NCBI GenBank assembly: GCA_963805085.1
Contig: CAWDTA010000002.1
Span: 1,216,001 to 1,280,000, forward strand
Source: an uncultured Veillonellaceae bacterium
GTDB taxonomy: Bacteria; Bacillota; Negativicutes; JARBTT01
DNA length: 64,000 nucleotides
Reading direction: 5' to 3'
The notes below the pieces were generated by a model that worked only from the letters and a program-made list of their open reading frames with translations, made no database searches and was not told where the DNA came from. Each line of letters starts with the position of its first letter. Position 1 is the stretch's first letter. Both the position numbers and the translations under genes were made by a program. Positions 9,364 through 19,269 of the stretch are shown piece after piece.

Positions 9364-10014
9364 TTGCGTTTAAGAAAAAAGCCTTGGATTGATAAGGCGA
9401 TATTAGAATTTAGTGATTTTGTTTATGCGACTTCAGAAAGTATAGAAACGATTGTAAAAGGTGAATGGGAAAATGTTTTTATGAAAAAGGCACCTCTTCA
9501 CGTGGAACTCGGTACAGGCAAAGGTCGTTTTATTACCCAAATGGCAGAGCGGCATCCGGAAATCAATTTTATTGGCATCGAAGCACAACAAGATGTTATT
9601 TACTTTGCGGCTCTTAAGGTGCGGGAATTGGGATTGAAAAATGTAAAACTATTGGTATTTGATATCAATCATATTGCTGATATCTTTGCTGACGATGAAG
9701 TGGATCGTTTCTTTATCAATTTCTGTGATCCATGGCCGAAAGCGCGTCATGCAAAACGTCGGTTAACGCACGTGAACTTTTTAGAGAAGTATCGGTCGTT
9801 ACTCACCGCTGAGGGTGAGTTGTTTTTTAAAACAGATAACCGTCCGTTATTCGACTTTTCACTAGAACAATTCGAAGTAGCCAAATTGACGGTGAAAAAC
9901 CTTACCTTTGATCTGCATAATAGTGGAATGGAAGACAATATTATGACCGAATATGAAATGAAATTCAGCGGCTTAGGTGAAAAAATTAATCGTTGTGAAG
10001 TATCCTTCAAATAG
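9364..10014 (+). CDS. trmB: tRNA (guanine-N7)-methyltransferase
   Basis: MRLRKKPW, ELGTGKG, FCDPWPKARHAKRRLT, FKTDN and TEYE. Confidence 0.96.
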   Translation: MRLRKKPWIDKAILEFSDFVYATSESIETIVKGEWENVFMKKAPLHVELGTGKGRFITQMAERHPEINFIGIEAQQDVIYFAALKVRELGLKNVKLLVFDINHIADIFADDEVDRFFINFCDPWPKARHAKRRLTHVNFLEKYRSLLTAEGELFFKTDNRPLFDFSLEQFEVAKLTVKNLTFDLHNSGMEDNIMTEYEMKFSGLGEKINRCEVSFK

Positions 10015-10104
10015 CCAATCTAAGAACAAAATAATGTAGATATTTATTTAGCCCTTGCATATGATGTAATAGTTGAAAAAACACTGGAATGGAGTGTATG
10101 AACT

Positions 10105-11439
10105 ATGCGTCAGGCAAGGGCTAGTTTGCCAAATGAGGCTTTGAATATGGAAGAAATTAGATTTTGGTTAAAGATTATGCAAGAGCATACGATTTTTATT
10201 AAGCTAGGATTACCGAATGAGGTAGAGGACTATGTAGAGGCAACCAAGGAGTTTCATCGCGCTTTTTGTAGTTTATCGCAAAAAGCGGAACGGTTAAAAA
10301 ACAGTAAAAAAGCCAATGAATTATTGGTGGAACTTGGTAACGTATTAGAAGAGTTTTGTCATTATCAGCGCAAGCTGCTCAGTGATAAAATGAATGTTAG
10401 TTTAGGTGGGGCACATTATCCATTTTTTTTAGACCATGTGATTCGTGAAACTATGTATTTTTTAGCTTTAGTAAAACAAGTTGAAACAACGGAAATTTTA
10501 TATAAAAATGGGTCGCAAACCAAGGAAATGGTGCTATGGTTGCGCTTTATGGCTGATCATACGAAACTTATTTATCATTACTTAGACCCGTCAGAGCGAA
10601 GGTTACTTAAAATGTCAATGGAGTTTGTCGAGCTTTTTGATAATCTTGTTTTAGAATCAAGAGATGTCGCAAGTATGCTTTACTGTCATAGAGGTGAAAT
10701 CCAAGCATTTCGCCGCTTTCTATTAGATGTTCGCACCGATGTACAACGACTCAGAGATTTTAAGCAGATGATAGCAGAGCTGATTTCTGATTGTAGAGTG
10801 CTTAGCATTATGAGTGTGGATTTAGTAGACCATATGAAACGCGAATCGGAACATTTTTTAATGATCCTTGCGCTAATGGAAAAAGGTTTATTGAAACATT
10901 GTCCGGAAGGTTTTAAAGATGATGTAGAGGATGCAAATTGGGAAGAACAAGAGAGAATTGATGATGAGCTGGAAATTGAAGAAACTGATCTAGCCGACAT
11001 GCTAGAAGAAAGTGAGGCGAATCTAAGCTTTACTGGCGAAGAAAGAATGGAAATAGTAAGTAACCAGCAGGAAGAAGATTTAAAAGCAGCGGTGGATATG
11101 CTAACAGAAAACGGCAATGAAGATGAGCCGCTTATTGCCGTGATGCAGCTGGAAAGTTCAGAAAATGTTAGAATTAGTGAAGTGGAAAAAGAAAAAAAAG
11201 TTAAAATTGCACCTGAAAATCAAGCATCTATTGCAGAGATAGAGGAAAAGGTAGAAGAGAAGGTAGAAGATACAATACCAGTGGAGCCAGGCGTACCTAA
11301 GGAAAAAATTTATGCCAAGGCTAGCAGTTATAAATATATGCCAAACAAATTTGCCGGAAAAACTCCGGAAGAAAAACTCAGAGAAAAAACACAAAAAGAA
11401 AAGATGCAAAATAAAATACGTCGGTTAGGGAAAAAGTGA
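10105..11439 (+). CDS. DUF2935-type tandem His/Glu helical-repeat protein with a long acidic tail
   Basis: Repeated FWLKIMQEH...DHVIRE and LWLRFMADH...DHMKRE units; E/D-rich C-terminal third. Confidence 0.75.
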   Translation: MRQARASLPNEALNMEEIRFWLKIMQEHTIFIKLGLPNEVEDYVEATKEFHRAFCSLSQKAERLKNSKKANELLVELGNVLEEFCHYQRKLLSDKMNVSLGGAHYPFFLDHVIRETMYFLALVKQVETTEILYKNGSQTKEMVLWLRFMADHTKLIYHYLDPSERRLLKMSMEFVELFDNLVLESRDVASMLYCHRGEIQAFRRFLLDVRTDVQRLRDFKQMIAELISDCRVLSIMSVDLVDHMKRESEHFLMILALMEKGLLKHCPEGFKDDVEDANWEEQERIDDELEIEETDLADMLEESEANLSFTGEERMEIVSNQQEEDLKAAVDMLTENGNEDEPLIAVMQLESSENVRISEVEKEKKVKIAPENQASIAEIEEKVEEKVEDTIPVEPGVPKEKIYAKASSYKYMPNKFAGKTPEEKLREKTQKEKMQNKIRRLGKK

Positions 11440-11465
11440 CAAGAGCTACAAACGGTCTAAAAATA

Positions 11466-11506
11466 AAAATGGCAAAGCGTCAGATATTCTGAACCTTGCC
11501 ATTTTT
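11466..11506. terminator. Bidirectional terminator
   Basis: AAAAATGGCAA...TTGCCATTTTT between convergent genes. Confidence 0.65.
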
Positions 11507-12458
11507 ATTTTGTCGTGTTTTCTTCAATAAATGCGCGAATTGTTTCCGTATAAGTTGCTTTATCATAATACACAGCACTCGCATGCGGTGTATCAGTAAA
11601 GAAATGAAGCTCTTTTGCGCCTGCTGTGGCGTTATACAGGTCTTGTGACATCTGTGCTGGAATTAGTGTGTCTTTTAGTCCGTGAAGATAGAGAATCGGG
11701 GTTGTTGAGTGCATGACAGCCAAACGTGGCGAAATTTGATCAAAGGTAAATTTGTCATGATAGTAAGCCGCGATTTGTGTATAGAAGAGGAGGATATCGG
11801 GCACGTTGCTATCTTCAGGCAATGCGGCAAGAATCGTTAATTGCTTGATGAGCAGATCTTTAAAATCGTTATACGAACTATCCGCAATATAAAAGCTGAC
11901 TTGCTGGGTGCTTTCGTTAAGCTCACTATGGAGAAGGGCTGTTGCTGCTCCCATCGAGATGCCATGAATACCAATGATACCTTGCGGTGTTTTTTGCTCT
12001 AGCCAAGCTAACCAGACATTGATATCGTCCTTTTCGAAATATCCCCAGGAGATGGATCCACCCCCGCTGTCACCATGACCGCGGGCATCGACGATGAGCA
12101 CATTATAGCCCATCTCTTGATAGATATCTAAATAATCAAGCCCGGAAGATCGATTTTGGAAGAGGCCATGTAAGAAAAGTATGGTCTGCTTGGATGTCTG
12201 CTTGGCTGGAATATATGTCCCGCGTATTGTATAACCATGCGGTGAATTCAAACGGACTTTTTCCCATTCATATTTCTTTTCTGCGGTTGCAATTTTTTCG
12301 ATATTTTGGGAGTTATCTTGTAAATTAAACAAGTTTTGATATAAATGTGGATACGTCAGTTCGCGATAAATGAATTCGCCCATCATCAGACCAAGTGCAT
12401 TGGCGGTGATAAATATACCCAGTGTTATACCAAAACAAAAAATCAATATTTTTTTCAT
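11505..12458 (-). CDS. Membrane-anchored alpha/beta hydrolase (YqkD-like)
   Basis: N-terminal hydrophobic segment, LHG oxyanion motif, DARGHGDS, GISMG nucleophile elbow, HGLKD and a catalytic His. Confidence 0.88.
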   Translation of the reverse strand: MKKILIFCFGITLGIFITANALGLMMGEFIYRELTYPHLYQNLFNLQDNSQNIEKIATAEKKYEWEKVRLNSPHGYTIRGTYIPAKQTSKQTILFLHGLFQNRSSGLDYLDIYQEMGYNVLIVDARGHGDSGGGSISWGYFEKDDINVWLAWLEQKTPQGIIGIHGISMGAATALLHSELNESTQQVSFYIADSSYNDFKDLLIKQLTILAALPEDSNVPDILLFYTQIAAYYHDKFTFDQISPRLAVMHSTTPILYLHGLKDTLIPAQMSQDLYNATAGAKELHFFTDTPHASAVYYDKATYTETIRAFIEENTTK

Positions 12459-12904
12459 TCATCATCTTTCTTTCATGGTTCAAGATTATATATTTTTTTG
12501 AGCTGTTAATGAAAAGTAAATTCTGTATAAATACAATGCATATCTTAAAGCCTACGCCAAGAATAGAAGTTTTGTCAAGAAGAGTACAAAAATAAAAGAA
12601 AAGTGTAAACTATTGATTCGGTAAATTGAAAGACTTGCTGGCGTCACAAGCTGGCTCCTTGACAGCCAGTATATTAATTATCTGCAGTTTATGCTTTGTA
12701 GTGCAATTTAAAGCTTCACTTAAATCGACATTTTATTCGCTTTTTGTCAAAAAGGCAGGAAAAACCCCGTTGTTTTTGAACTTATACAATGTGCAATAAT
12801 ATAGTATGGATTTATGTACAACATGTAAACAATTTTCGCTGCGAAGGAGGTATTTGTACTCTAAATAGGAGATATCAGCATGGATGTGAAAGGATGATTT
12901 ATAA

Positions 12905-14165
12905 ATGATTTGGATAGGTGTTGCAATTATACTTCTGACATTGGCGGCAATTGTTAAACGATATGAAACGAGGTTGGTCTTATTTCTTGCTGGTTTAGCG
13001 ATGGCTCTAGTAGCTGGCAACCCGTTAGCAGCCATGGATGCTTTTGCGAAGGCCATGGCCAACGAGGGACTCGTAACTACAAATTGTACTGTTATGGGTT
13101 TTTCTTATGTAATGAAAATTACCGGTTGTGACAATCATCTGGTACATTGTCTGACCTCTTTATTAAAACGGGTAAAATTTATCTTGATACCAGGAGCCGT
13201 ACTTTTAACTTGGCTCCTAAATATTGCATTGCCAAGCTGGTTGTGCAGCTGCTGTTGGTGCCGTGTTGATCCCGACCTTGATTCGGTCAGGGGTGCATCC
13301 AGCGATGGCTGGTGCCTGCATTTTAGGCGGAACTTTTGGTAGTACGCTCAGTTCTGGACTTGCGCACAATCATTTTGTGGCTAAACTAGCGAATGTGGAT
13401 GTAATGACCGTAATTGCGGGACATATGCCAGCAGTGCTCACGGCAATGGTTATTTCCGTTGCTAGTTTAACGATTATTTGTTACTTACGTAAAGAAGGAC
13501 CAAATGCTCAGCGGGCGGCTCAATTTAGTGCTGATGAAGAGGCTTTTAAAGTAAATTTCATCAGAGCATTGGTGCCATTGGTACCTTTAGCATTATTGGT
13601 GCTCGGAAGTAAATTGGTTGCTGTGATTTCGCCAATCACTGTGTCACAGGCAATGATTATGGGCGCTATATTAGGCTTTGTTGTAACAAGAAAGAATCCA
13701 CAAGAAATATCAAAAGGATTTTTTAAAGGCATGGGTGAATTCTATGCTGATGTTATGGGGATTATTATTGCGGCAGCAGTATTTACACAAGGAATGGAAA
13801 TTATTGGCTTGACTGGGGCACTCATTGAAAAAATGAAGGAGTCACAGGATGTAGCCTTGTATGCCGCTTCTTTTGGTCCATATTTACTAGCAATTTTAAG
13901 TGGTTCCGGCGATGCCGCTTCGCTTGCCTTTAACGGAGCAGTTACGCCACATGCAGTGCAGTTTGGTTTTCAAATAACCGACATGGGTTCCCTTGCTACC
14001 CTCTCGGGCGCATTTGGTCGCACGATGTCCCCAGTAGCTGGTGTGACTATTGTATGTGCGACCTTAGCAAAGGTGAGTCCGTTCGATATTGCAAAAAGAA
14101 CCGCACCAGGTATGGTGCTTGCACTGATTAGCGTTTTGATTTTCTTCTCATCTAGGCAGATATAA
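12905..14165 (+). pseudogene. DcuC-family C4-dicarboxylate/anion transporter, frameshifted near 13236
   Basis: ORF 12905 reads ...NIALPS and then leaves the frame. ORF 13224 carries AGCAAAVG...GRTMSPVAG. The family motif PSAAG is split across two frames. Confidence 0.8.
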
Positions 14166-14228
14166 AGTTGCGCTTTGCTTGACCCATTCGTAGTATTCAT
14201 TATACTATTTGGTGATATTTACAAAATA

Positions 14229-14276
14229 AAAACGAACTCCTGCAAATTTTAAATTTGATGGGAGTTCGTTTTTGTT
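14229..14276. terminator. Bidirectional terminator
   Basis: AAAACGAACTCC...GGAGTTCGTTTT. Confidence 0.6.
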
Positions 14277-14376
14277 ATTGCATCCTAATTTAAAGAAAAT
14301 ACTAAAGTTGACGACCGCGGTTTTTAAATTTTTTGTTTCATGTCTGCATTTGCTTTCCACGAAATGATCAAGGTGA

Positions 14377-15693
14377 TTATTTGCTTTTTGCAAATTGATC
14401 AGTCATATGCTCCTGTACGCCTTTAAAGTTATGAATGAAGGCTTCTAGGGGTGTTAGGTTATCAGTTACAGTAGAAAAGGTAGCAGTGGTGGCGGCGGTG
14501 TTCGTTGCGATATCATAGACCGTTTGCGTTAGTGTGATGTAGTAGGTGTTCTTTTTGTTTCTCACACGTACAGCACTTACGTCGGAGATAATCGCCCACT
14601 GACAAGCAGAGGCGCTAGCTTCTTTTCGCCAGTCAGAAGTAGTCTTTGCTGCCACATAGTCTGGTAATGCTTGCTGGTATTCTTCCTGTAATGATTCCTG
14701 CATGTACAAAAAGTCTGTCGTCAAGTCATTCGGGAGGTTATTGACGAGTGGCGCAATGTAGACACGTCCGGGATTTTTTTGTTTATGTGTGGAGGAGACT
14801 GGTAGTTCTATTCCAGCAGAAAGAGCTAGACGGCGTTTGTCGTAATAGTTTTTCATCGCCGAGTCTATATAGCCAATTAATTGGTGTGAATCACCTACCG
14901 TATCAGGTGCATGCCATTTTATTTGTTGCCCAAATTGCTGATAGCCACCGACCAAAGTTTGCAAGGCTCCAGTTACCATGTCGCCAGAATTGACAATTCG
15001 TGTTAGGTGAAGGGGGGAGCTGAACTTGTTAGCAAAGGCAGCATTGCCTACGGCAGGTGCGCCGAAGGTAATGACCTCCAATTGATCTGGGCTGATGCCG
15101 CCGCTAAGTAGTCTAGCTCCGGCCAAAGTGGCGGCTGCACCGCCGAGACTATGCCCGGTTAGAAGTAATTTGCGTGATTGGTCAGTTTGAAGCAAGTCCG
15201 TGAACGAGATGCTAGCCTGCTGGGGGCTCAGCAAGACTGCCGATAGACCAGCTGCAACGAATTGATTAAACCCTCTGTGCACTTTTGGTTCAGCAGCGGG
15301 AACATCTTGTTTAGCGGCATTGGTAATGAATTCTTCGGGCGTACTGCCAGCGAAATAGATTTTATCGACTTTTAAATCAGTTTTGATGTCTCGATCGTTT
15401 TCCGTGCCAACAATGGCTACAAGAGCGTAGGGAAATCCTTCTTTTTGCGCAATCAGATAGCGAGCACCACTATGACCTTCGGCTTGCACATAATGATCAA
15501 TTTTCCAGCCGTCTTGTTCTAAGTAATGATTTACCAACTCGCCGAGCCTGTCACTATAGGCTGCCGCGCTGGCGCCAGCGGCAATGTAGATTTTATAAGC
15601 TTGTTCATAGTCTTCCTTTGGTCCGGCATATCCTGTGAGTGGAAGGTATGATAGCGTACAAGCGAGAAGGCATAATAGCAAGATTCGTTTCAA
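14377..15693 (-). CDS. Secreted class 3 lipase family protein
   Basis: Signal peptide, VHRGF, TGHSLGGA, ITFGAPAVGN and GDMV. Confidence 0.88.
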   Translation of the reverse strand: MKRILLLCLLACTLSYLPLTGYAGPKEDYEQAYKIYIAAGASAAAYSDRLGELVNHYLEQDGWKIDHYVQAEGHSGARYLIAQKEGFPYALVAIVGTENDRDIKTDLKVDKIYFAGSTPEEFITNAAKQDVPAAEPKVHRGFNQFVAAGLSAVLLSPQQASISFTDLLQTDQSRKLLLTGHSLGGAAATLAGARLLSGGISPDQLEVITFGAPAVGNAAFANKFSSPLHLTRIVNSGDMVTGALQTLVGGYQQFGQQIKWHAPDTVGDSHQLIGYIDSAMKNYYDKRRLALSAGIELPVSSTHKQKNPGRVYIAPLVNNLPNDLTTDFLYMQESLQEEYQQALPDYVAAKTTSDWRKEASASACQWAIISDVSAVRVRNKKNTYYITLTQTVYDIATNTAATTATFSTVTDNLTPLEAFIHNFKGVQEHMTDQFAKSK

Positions 15694-15860
15694 TTTATAT
15701 CACCTCTTAGTTAGTCATGCCGCCATTGACGGCATAGCGTGTTGTATTTTTCGGGGAAGTAAGAATAGTTTACTTTGCTTTAAAAAAAAGCTTCCTTATT
15801 ATCAATTGTTTCATCGCATCACATCCCGTAGCTTAAAGTTGATAAGGTAATCGAATTGTA

Positions 15861-16043
15861 TCAGTTTGGTGGTTGTTTATGCATTGATTTATGGGTACGC
15901 TGCTCTAGCTCATCTTCTTCGCCAATTGAGACGCGATAAAATTCAAAAAAAAGCTGAAATGCTTTTACTATAAATAGCGCACCTATTATAAATACTATGC
16001 CTGTTACATACCACCACAAGGATAGTTCATCAAGCCATTCCAT
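15861..16043 (-). CDS. 60-aa single-TM hypothetical protein
   Basis: RBS AAGGAGG, then MEWLDELSLWWYVTGIVFIIGALFIVKAFQLFF... Confidence 0.65.
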   Translation of the reverse strand: MEWLDELSLWWYVTGIVFIIGALFIVKAFQLFFEFYRVSIGEEDELEQRTHKSMHKQPPN

Positions 16044-16044
16044 A

Positions 16045-16173
16045 TTACGACACCTCCTTTGCTTTGTCAGTAAATATTCCAAGTTTGGTGCGCCAGTTAA
16101 AGCCTATTGTATCGGTGATGATGACAGACTTGGCAGTAGCTGGTTCTGATCCGTAAAACGCGTTATGGTACAT
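16045..16173 (-). CDS. 42-aa small ORF downstream of the RND permease
   Basis: RBS GGAGGT inside the RND 3' end, then MYHNAFYGSEPATAKSVIITDTIGFNWRTKLGIFTDKAKEVS*. The stop lies 1 nt before the next ATG. Confidence 0.5.
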   Translation of the reverse strand: MYHNAFYGSEPATAKSVIITDTIGFNWRTKLGIFTDKAKEVS

Positions 16174-16176
16174 AAT

Positions 16177-19100
16177 TTATGACCTCCAAGTTGAGGGGGG
16201 GATATTCCGACAATTTTCATAGGATGGTTTGGCTTTCTGCCAAACGGCATACATAACTGGTAAGACGAGCAGTGTCAATACAGTAGCAACAAACAGACCA
16301 GCCCCGATTGCCACAGCTAGAGGTCCCCAAAATAAATTGGAAACTAATGGAATCATCGCTAAAATAGCAGCGGCTGCCGTTAGTAAAATGGGACGCAGCC
16401 GGGTTATCGTAGCATTGATGATGGAATCCCACATGCTTTCACCAGCAGAGAGGTGTTGTTCAATTTGATCCATTAGAATCACTGAATTACGCATAATAAT
16501 TCCGGATAATGCCAGCATTCCAAGCTGTACAACAAAGCCCATAGGTTTACCTGTTAAAAAGAGACCAACGGCAACCCCGATGATACCTAAAGGTGCTGTC
16601 AATAATGTTAAGATCATTTTTGATATGCTTTGTAGCTGGAACATCAAGAGAACCATGATGATGATCATCATTGCTGGTATAGGCGCAAGTAGTAATTTAG
16701 TCGCTTTGATACTTTCCTCTGTTGCTCCATCATATTTGATAATATAGCCAGCAGGCAGACTTTCACGTAGTTCATGGAGATCTTTGTAAATTTGGCGAGT
16801 AACATCATCACCAGATACACCTGCTTTTGTTTCTGCTCGTACGGTAATCGTTGGGGTCAGATCACGACGATGAATTAACCCATCTTCAGTTTCAAAGCTG
16901 ATTTTAGCAATTTGATCGAGGGGAACATATTTGCCGTTTCCAATATGAATAGAAAGGTTTTTAATTTGTGCAGGGTCATTTCTAGAAGCAGCATTAAAAC
17001 GAAAAACTAATGGAACGGTTTTATCGGCTTCGCGAAACTCAGTAATGCTTGTTCCAGACAATTGACTTTGGAGTGTTGATGCTAAAGCCTGAGATGTGAT
17101 GCCTAGAATACGTGCTTTGTCTTGATCAACTGATAAATGCATAATTTTACTTTTTTCATTCCAGTTCATGTTGACATTTTTAGTATCGGCACGCGCTGCT
17201 ATGACTTCTTTGACCTCTTTAGCAATCTCACGCACTTTATCATGATCATAGCCTTCTATGCGAAGCATAACTGGATAATCGGCAGAACTGCCAGTGCTGA
17301 TTACTTTTGTGTGTACCTGTACACTAGGAAAATCTTCATCTAACAATTTTGTCAGTTTGGTATGGAGCTGGTTGCGGGCGTTCGTATCTTTAGCCACGAT
17401 AACAAATTCAGCAAAGTTGGTTTTATTGAACGTAGGATCAAACGTTAGAACAAAACGAGGCGCTCCTTCCCCGACATGGTAGGTATAGTAGTCAATCAGT
17501 GTATCGTCCTTTAGCCTTTGGGCAAACTCGCTAGCAATTGTTTCGGCATTCTTTAGAGAAGCTCCATCCTGTAATTGTAGTTGTACAATAAGCTCAGAAC
17601 GAGTAGAAGTAGGAAAATACTCTTCTTTGAGTGATCCTAAGAGCCCTATAGAGGCAATAAACAAAACGACTGTAACGGTTAGTACGATTTTACTATGGGT
17701 AAGACACCAGATCAATGTTTGTTTAAAGCTGCGATATAATTTTGTATCGTAGACGTGGTGCTCTGGATCTTTTTTTGTATTGGACGGTATTTTGATAAAT
17801 AGATAACCAAAGAGTGGCGTTACCATAGCGGCAACTACCCAAGAAGTGAGCAAAGCGATTGTGATTACTGAAAAAAGGGTAGAACAAAATTCGGAGGCAC
17901 TGCCTTGGGCAAATCCTACAGGAATAAAACCAGCGCAAGTAATGAGGGTTCCTGTCAGCATCGGAAATGCAGTAGCACTATAGGCATAGGCAGCGGCACT
18001 CAACCGATCTAGACCTTGCTCCAATTTTACAGCCATCATTTCAATAACAATCATCGCATCGTCGACGAGGAGTCCAAGGGCGATGATGAGTGCACCAAGT
18101 GATACACGCTGCAATTCGATATTCATCAAATACATGATCGTAAAAACGATAGCCAGAACAAGTGGAATGCAAAGTGCGACGACAAAGCCAGAACGTGTGC
18201 CTAGACTAACCAAACTTACAATAAAAATAATGATAATCGCTTCCACAAGTGATTTTACAAATTCGTTAATGGAAGTTTCTACGATGTTGGGCTGATTTAC
18301 GGTTTGGTGGAGTTCTAATCCAGCGGGCAGCTCTTTCTTTATTTTTGCAACGGTTGCATCAAGATTATTTCCTAGCATGAGAATATTGTCCCCAGGCTCC
18401 ATGGCAATTGCAATCCCTAGGGCGGGTTGACCATTATAAAAAAATTTGGGATCCGTCGGTTCGGCATACGAACGCGTGATTTTGGCGATATCTCCTAAGC
18501 GAAAGGTTCGTCCGTTGGCTGCGATAGGCGTGGCTCGAAGGTCTTCTAGCTGTTCAAACATTCCAGTTATGCGTAGGTATACGTTATCTGTTTCCGTTTC
18601 AAGCATGCCAGTGGCAGACATCGCATTTTGCGCTTGCAGGGTGCTGGTAATTAGCGCAGGGTCAATTCCCAGCTGTGCCATTTTGCTATTTTCAACTTCA
18701 ATATAAATGTTTTCCATTTGTGCGCCTAAGAGTTGCACTTTTTTTACACTAGGGACGCTTAGAAAAATGCGACGGATTTTTTCCGCCTTTTCCCGCATTT
18801 CTTCATACGTATAGCCATCGCTGGTAAGTGCGTAAACGATGCCATATACTTCATCAAAGCGGTCATTAAACTGTGGTGATTGTACCCCTGCTGGTAAAGT
18901 TCCCGCCATGTCGTTTACCATATTGCGCGCTTCTAGCCATTTTGCGCGAATGTCTTTTTTCGGTACGGTATCTTTTAAGTTAACGTAAATAATCGCTTGG
19001 CCAGGCGTAGAATAGCTTTGCAGATAATCTAGTCCGGGTAAATCCTGTAGTTTCTTTTCTACTTTGTCAGTGACTTGTTCTTCCATTTGGCGTGCGGTAG

Positions 19101-19269
19101 CTCCTGGCCAACTTACACTAACGACCATTTGTTTGATGGTGAAGTCGGGATCCTCCATACGCCCTAAGTTTATGTAAGAGAATAAGCCTGTCATAAAAAA
19201 AAGCGCGATGAAAAAATAGATGAATTGTTTATGATGTAGTGCCCATGAAGCTAAGTTGAAATTTTTCAT
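16177..19269 (-). CDS. RND efflux permease (AcrB/HAE1 family)
   Basis: 1030 aa; GRMEDPDF, ALGLLVDDAM and TRLRPILLT. Confidence 0.95.
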   Translation of the reverse strand: MKNFNLASWALHHKQFIYFFIALFFMTGLFSYINLGRMEDPDFTIKQMVVSVSWPGATARQMEEQVTDKVEKKLQDLPGLDYLQSYSTPGQAIIYVNLKDTVPKKDIRAKWLEARNMVNDMAGTLPAGVQSPQFNDRFDEVYGIVYALTSDGYTYEEMREKAEKIRRIFLSVPSVKKVQLLGAQMENIYIEVENSKMAQLGIDPALITSTLQAQNAMSATGMLETETDNVYLRITGMFEQLEDLRATPIAANGRTFRLGDIAKITRSYAEPTDPKFFYNGQPALGIAIAMEPGDNILMLGNNLDATVAKIKKELPAGLELHQTVNQPNIVETSINEFVKSLVEAIIIIFIVSLVSLGTRSGFVVALCIPLVLAIVFTIMYLMNIELQRVSLGALIIALGLLVDDAMIVIEMMAVKLEQGLDRLSAAAYAYSATAFPMLTGTLITCAGFIPVGFAQGSASEFCSTLFSVITIALLTSWVVAAMVTPLFGYLFIKIPSNTKKDPEHHVYDTKLYRSFKQTLIWCLTHSKIVLTVTVVLFIASIGLLGSLKEEYFPTSTRSELIVQLQLQDGASLKNAETIASEFAQRLKDDTLIDYYTYHVGEGAPRFVLTFDPTFNKTNFAEFVIVAKDTNARNQLHTKLTKLLDEDFPSVQVHTKVISTGSSADYPVMLRIEGYDHDKVREIAKEVKEVIAARADTKNVNMNWNEKSKIMHLSVDQDKARILGITSQALASTLQSQLSGTSITEFREADKTVPLVFRFNAASRNDPAQIKNLSIHIGNGKYVPLDQIAKISFETEDGLIHRRDLTPTITVRAETKAGVSGDDVTRQIYKDLHELRESLPAGYIIKYDGATEESIKATKLLLAPIPAMMIIIMVLLMFQLQSISKMILTLLTAPLGIIGVAVGLFLTGKPMGFVVQLGMLALSGIIMRNSVILMDQIEQHLSAGESMWDSIINATITRLRPILLTAAAAILAMIPLVSNLFWGPLAVAIGAGLFVATVLTLLVLPVMYAVWQKAKPSYENCRNIPPSTWRS

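Noticed and set aside
12905-14165. Two separate genes or a programmed frameshift in the dcuC-like locus
   Set aside because: The break falls inside a conserved motif with residues missing, there is no slippery sequence, and the second ORF has no RBS. A pseudogene or sequencing error is more parsimonious.
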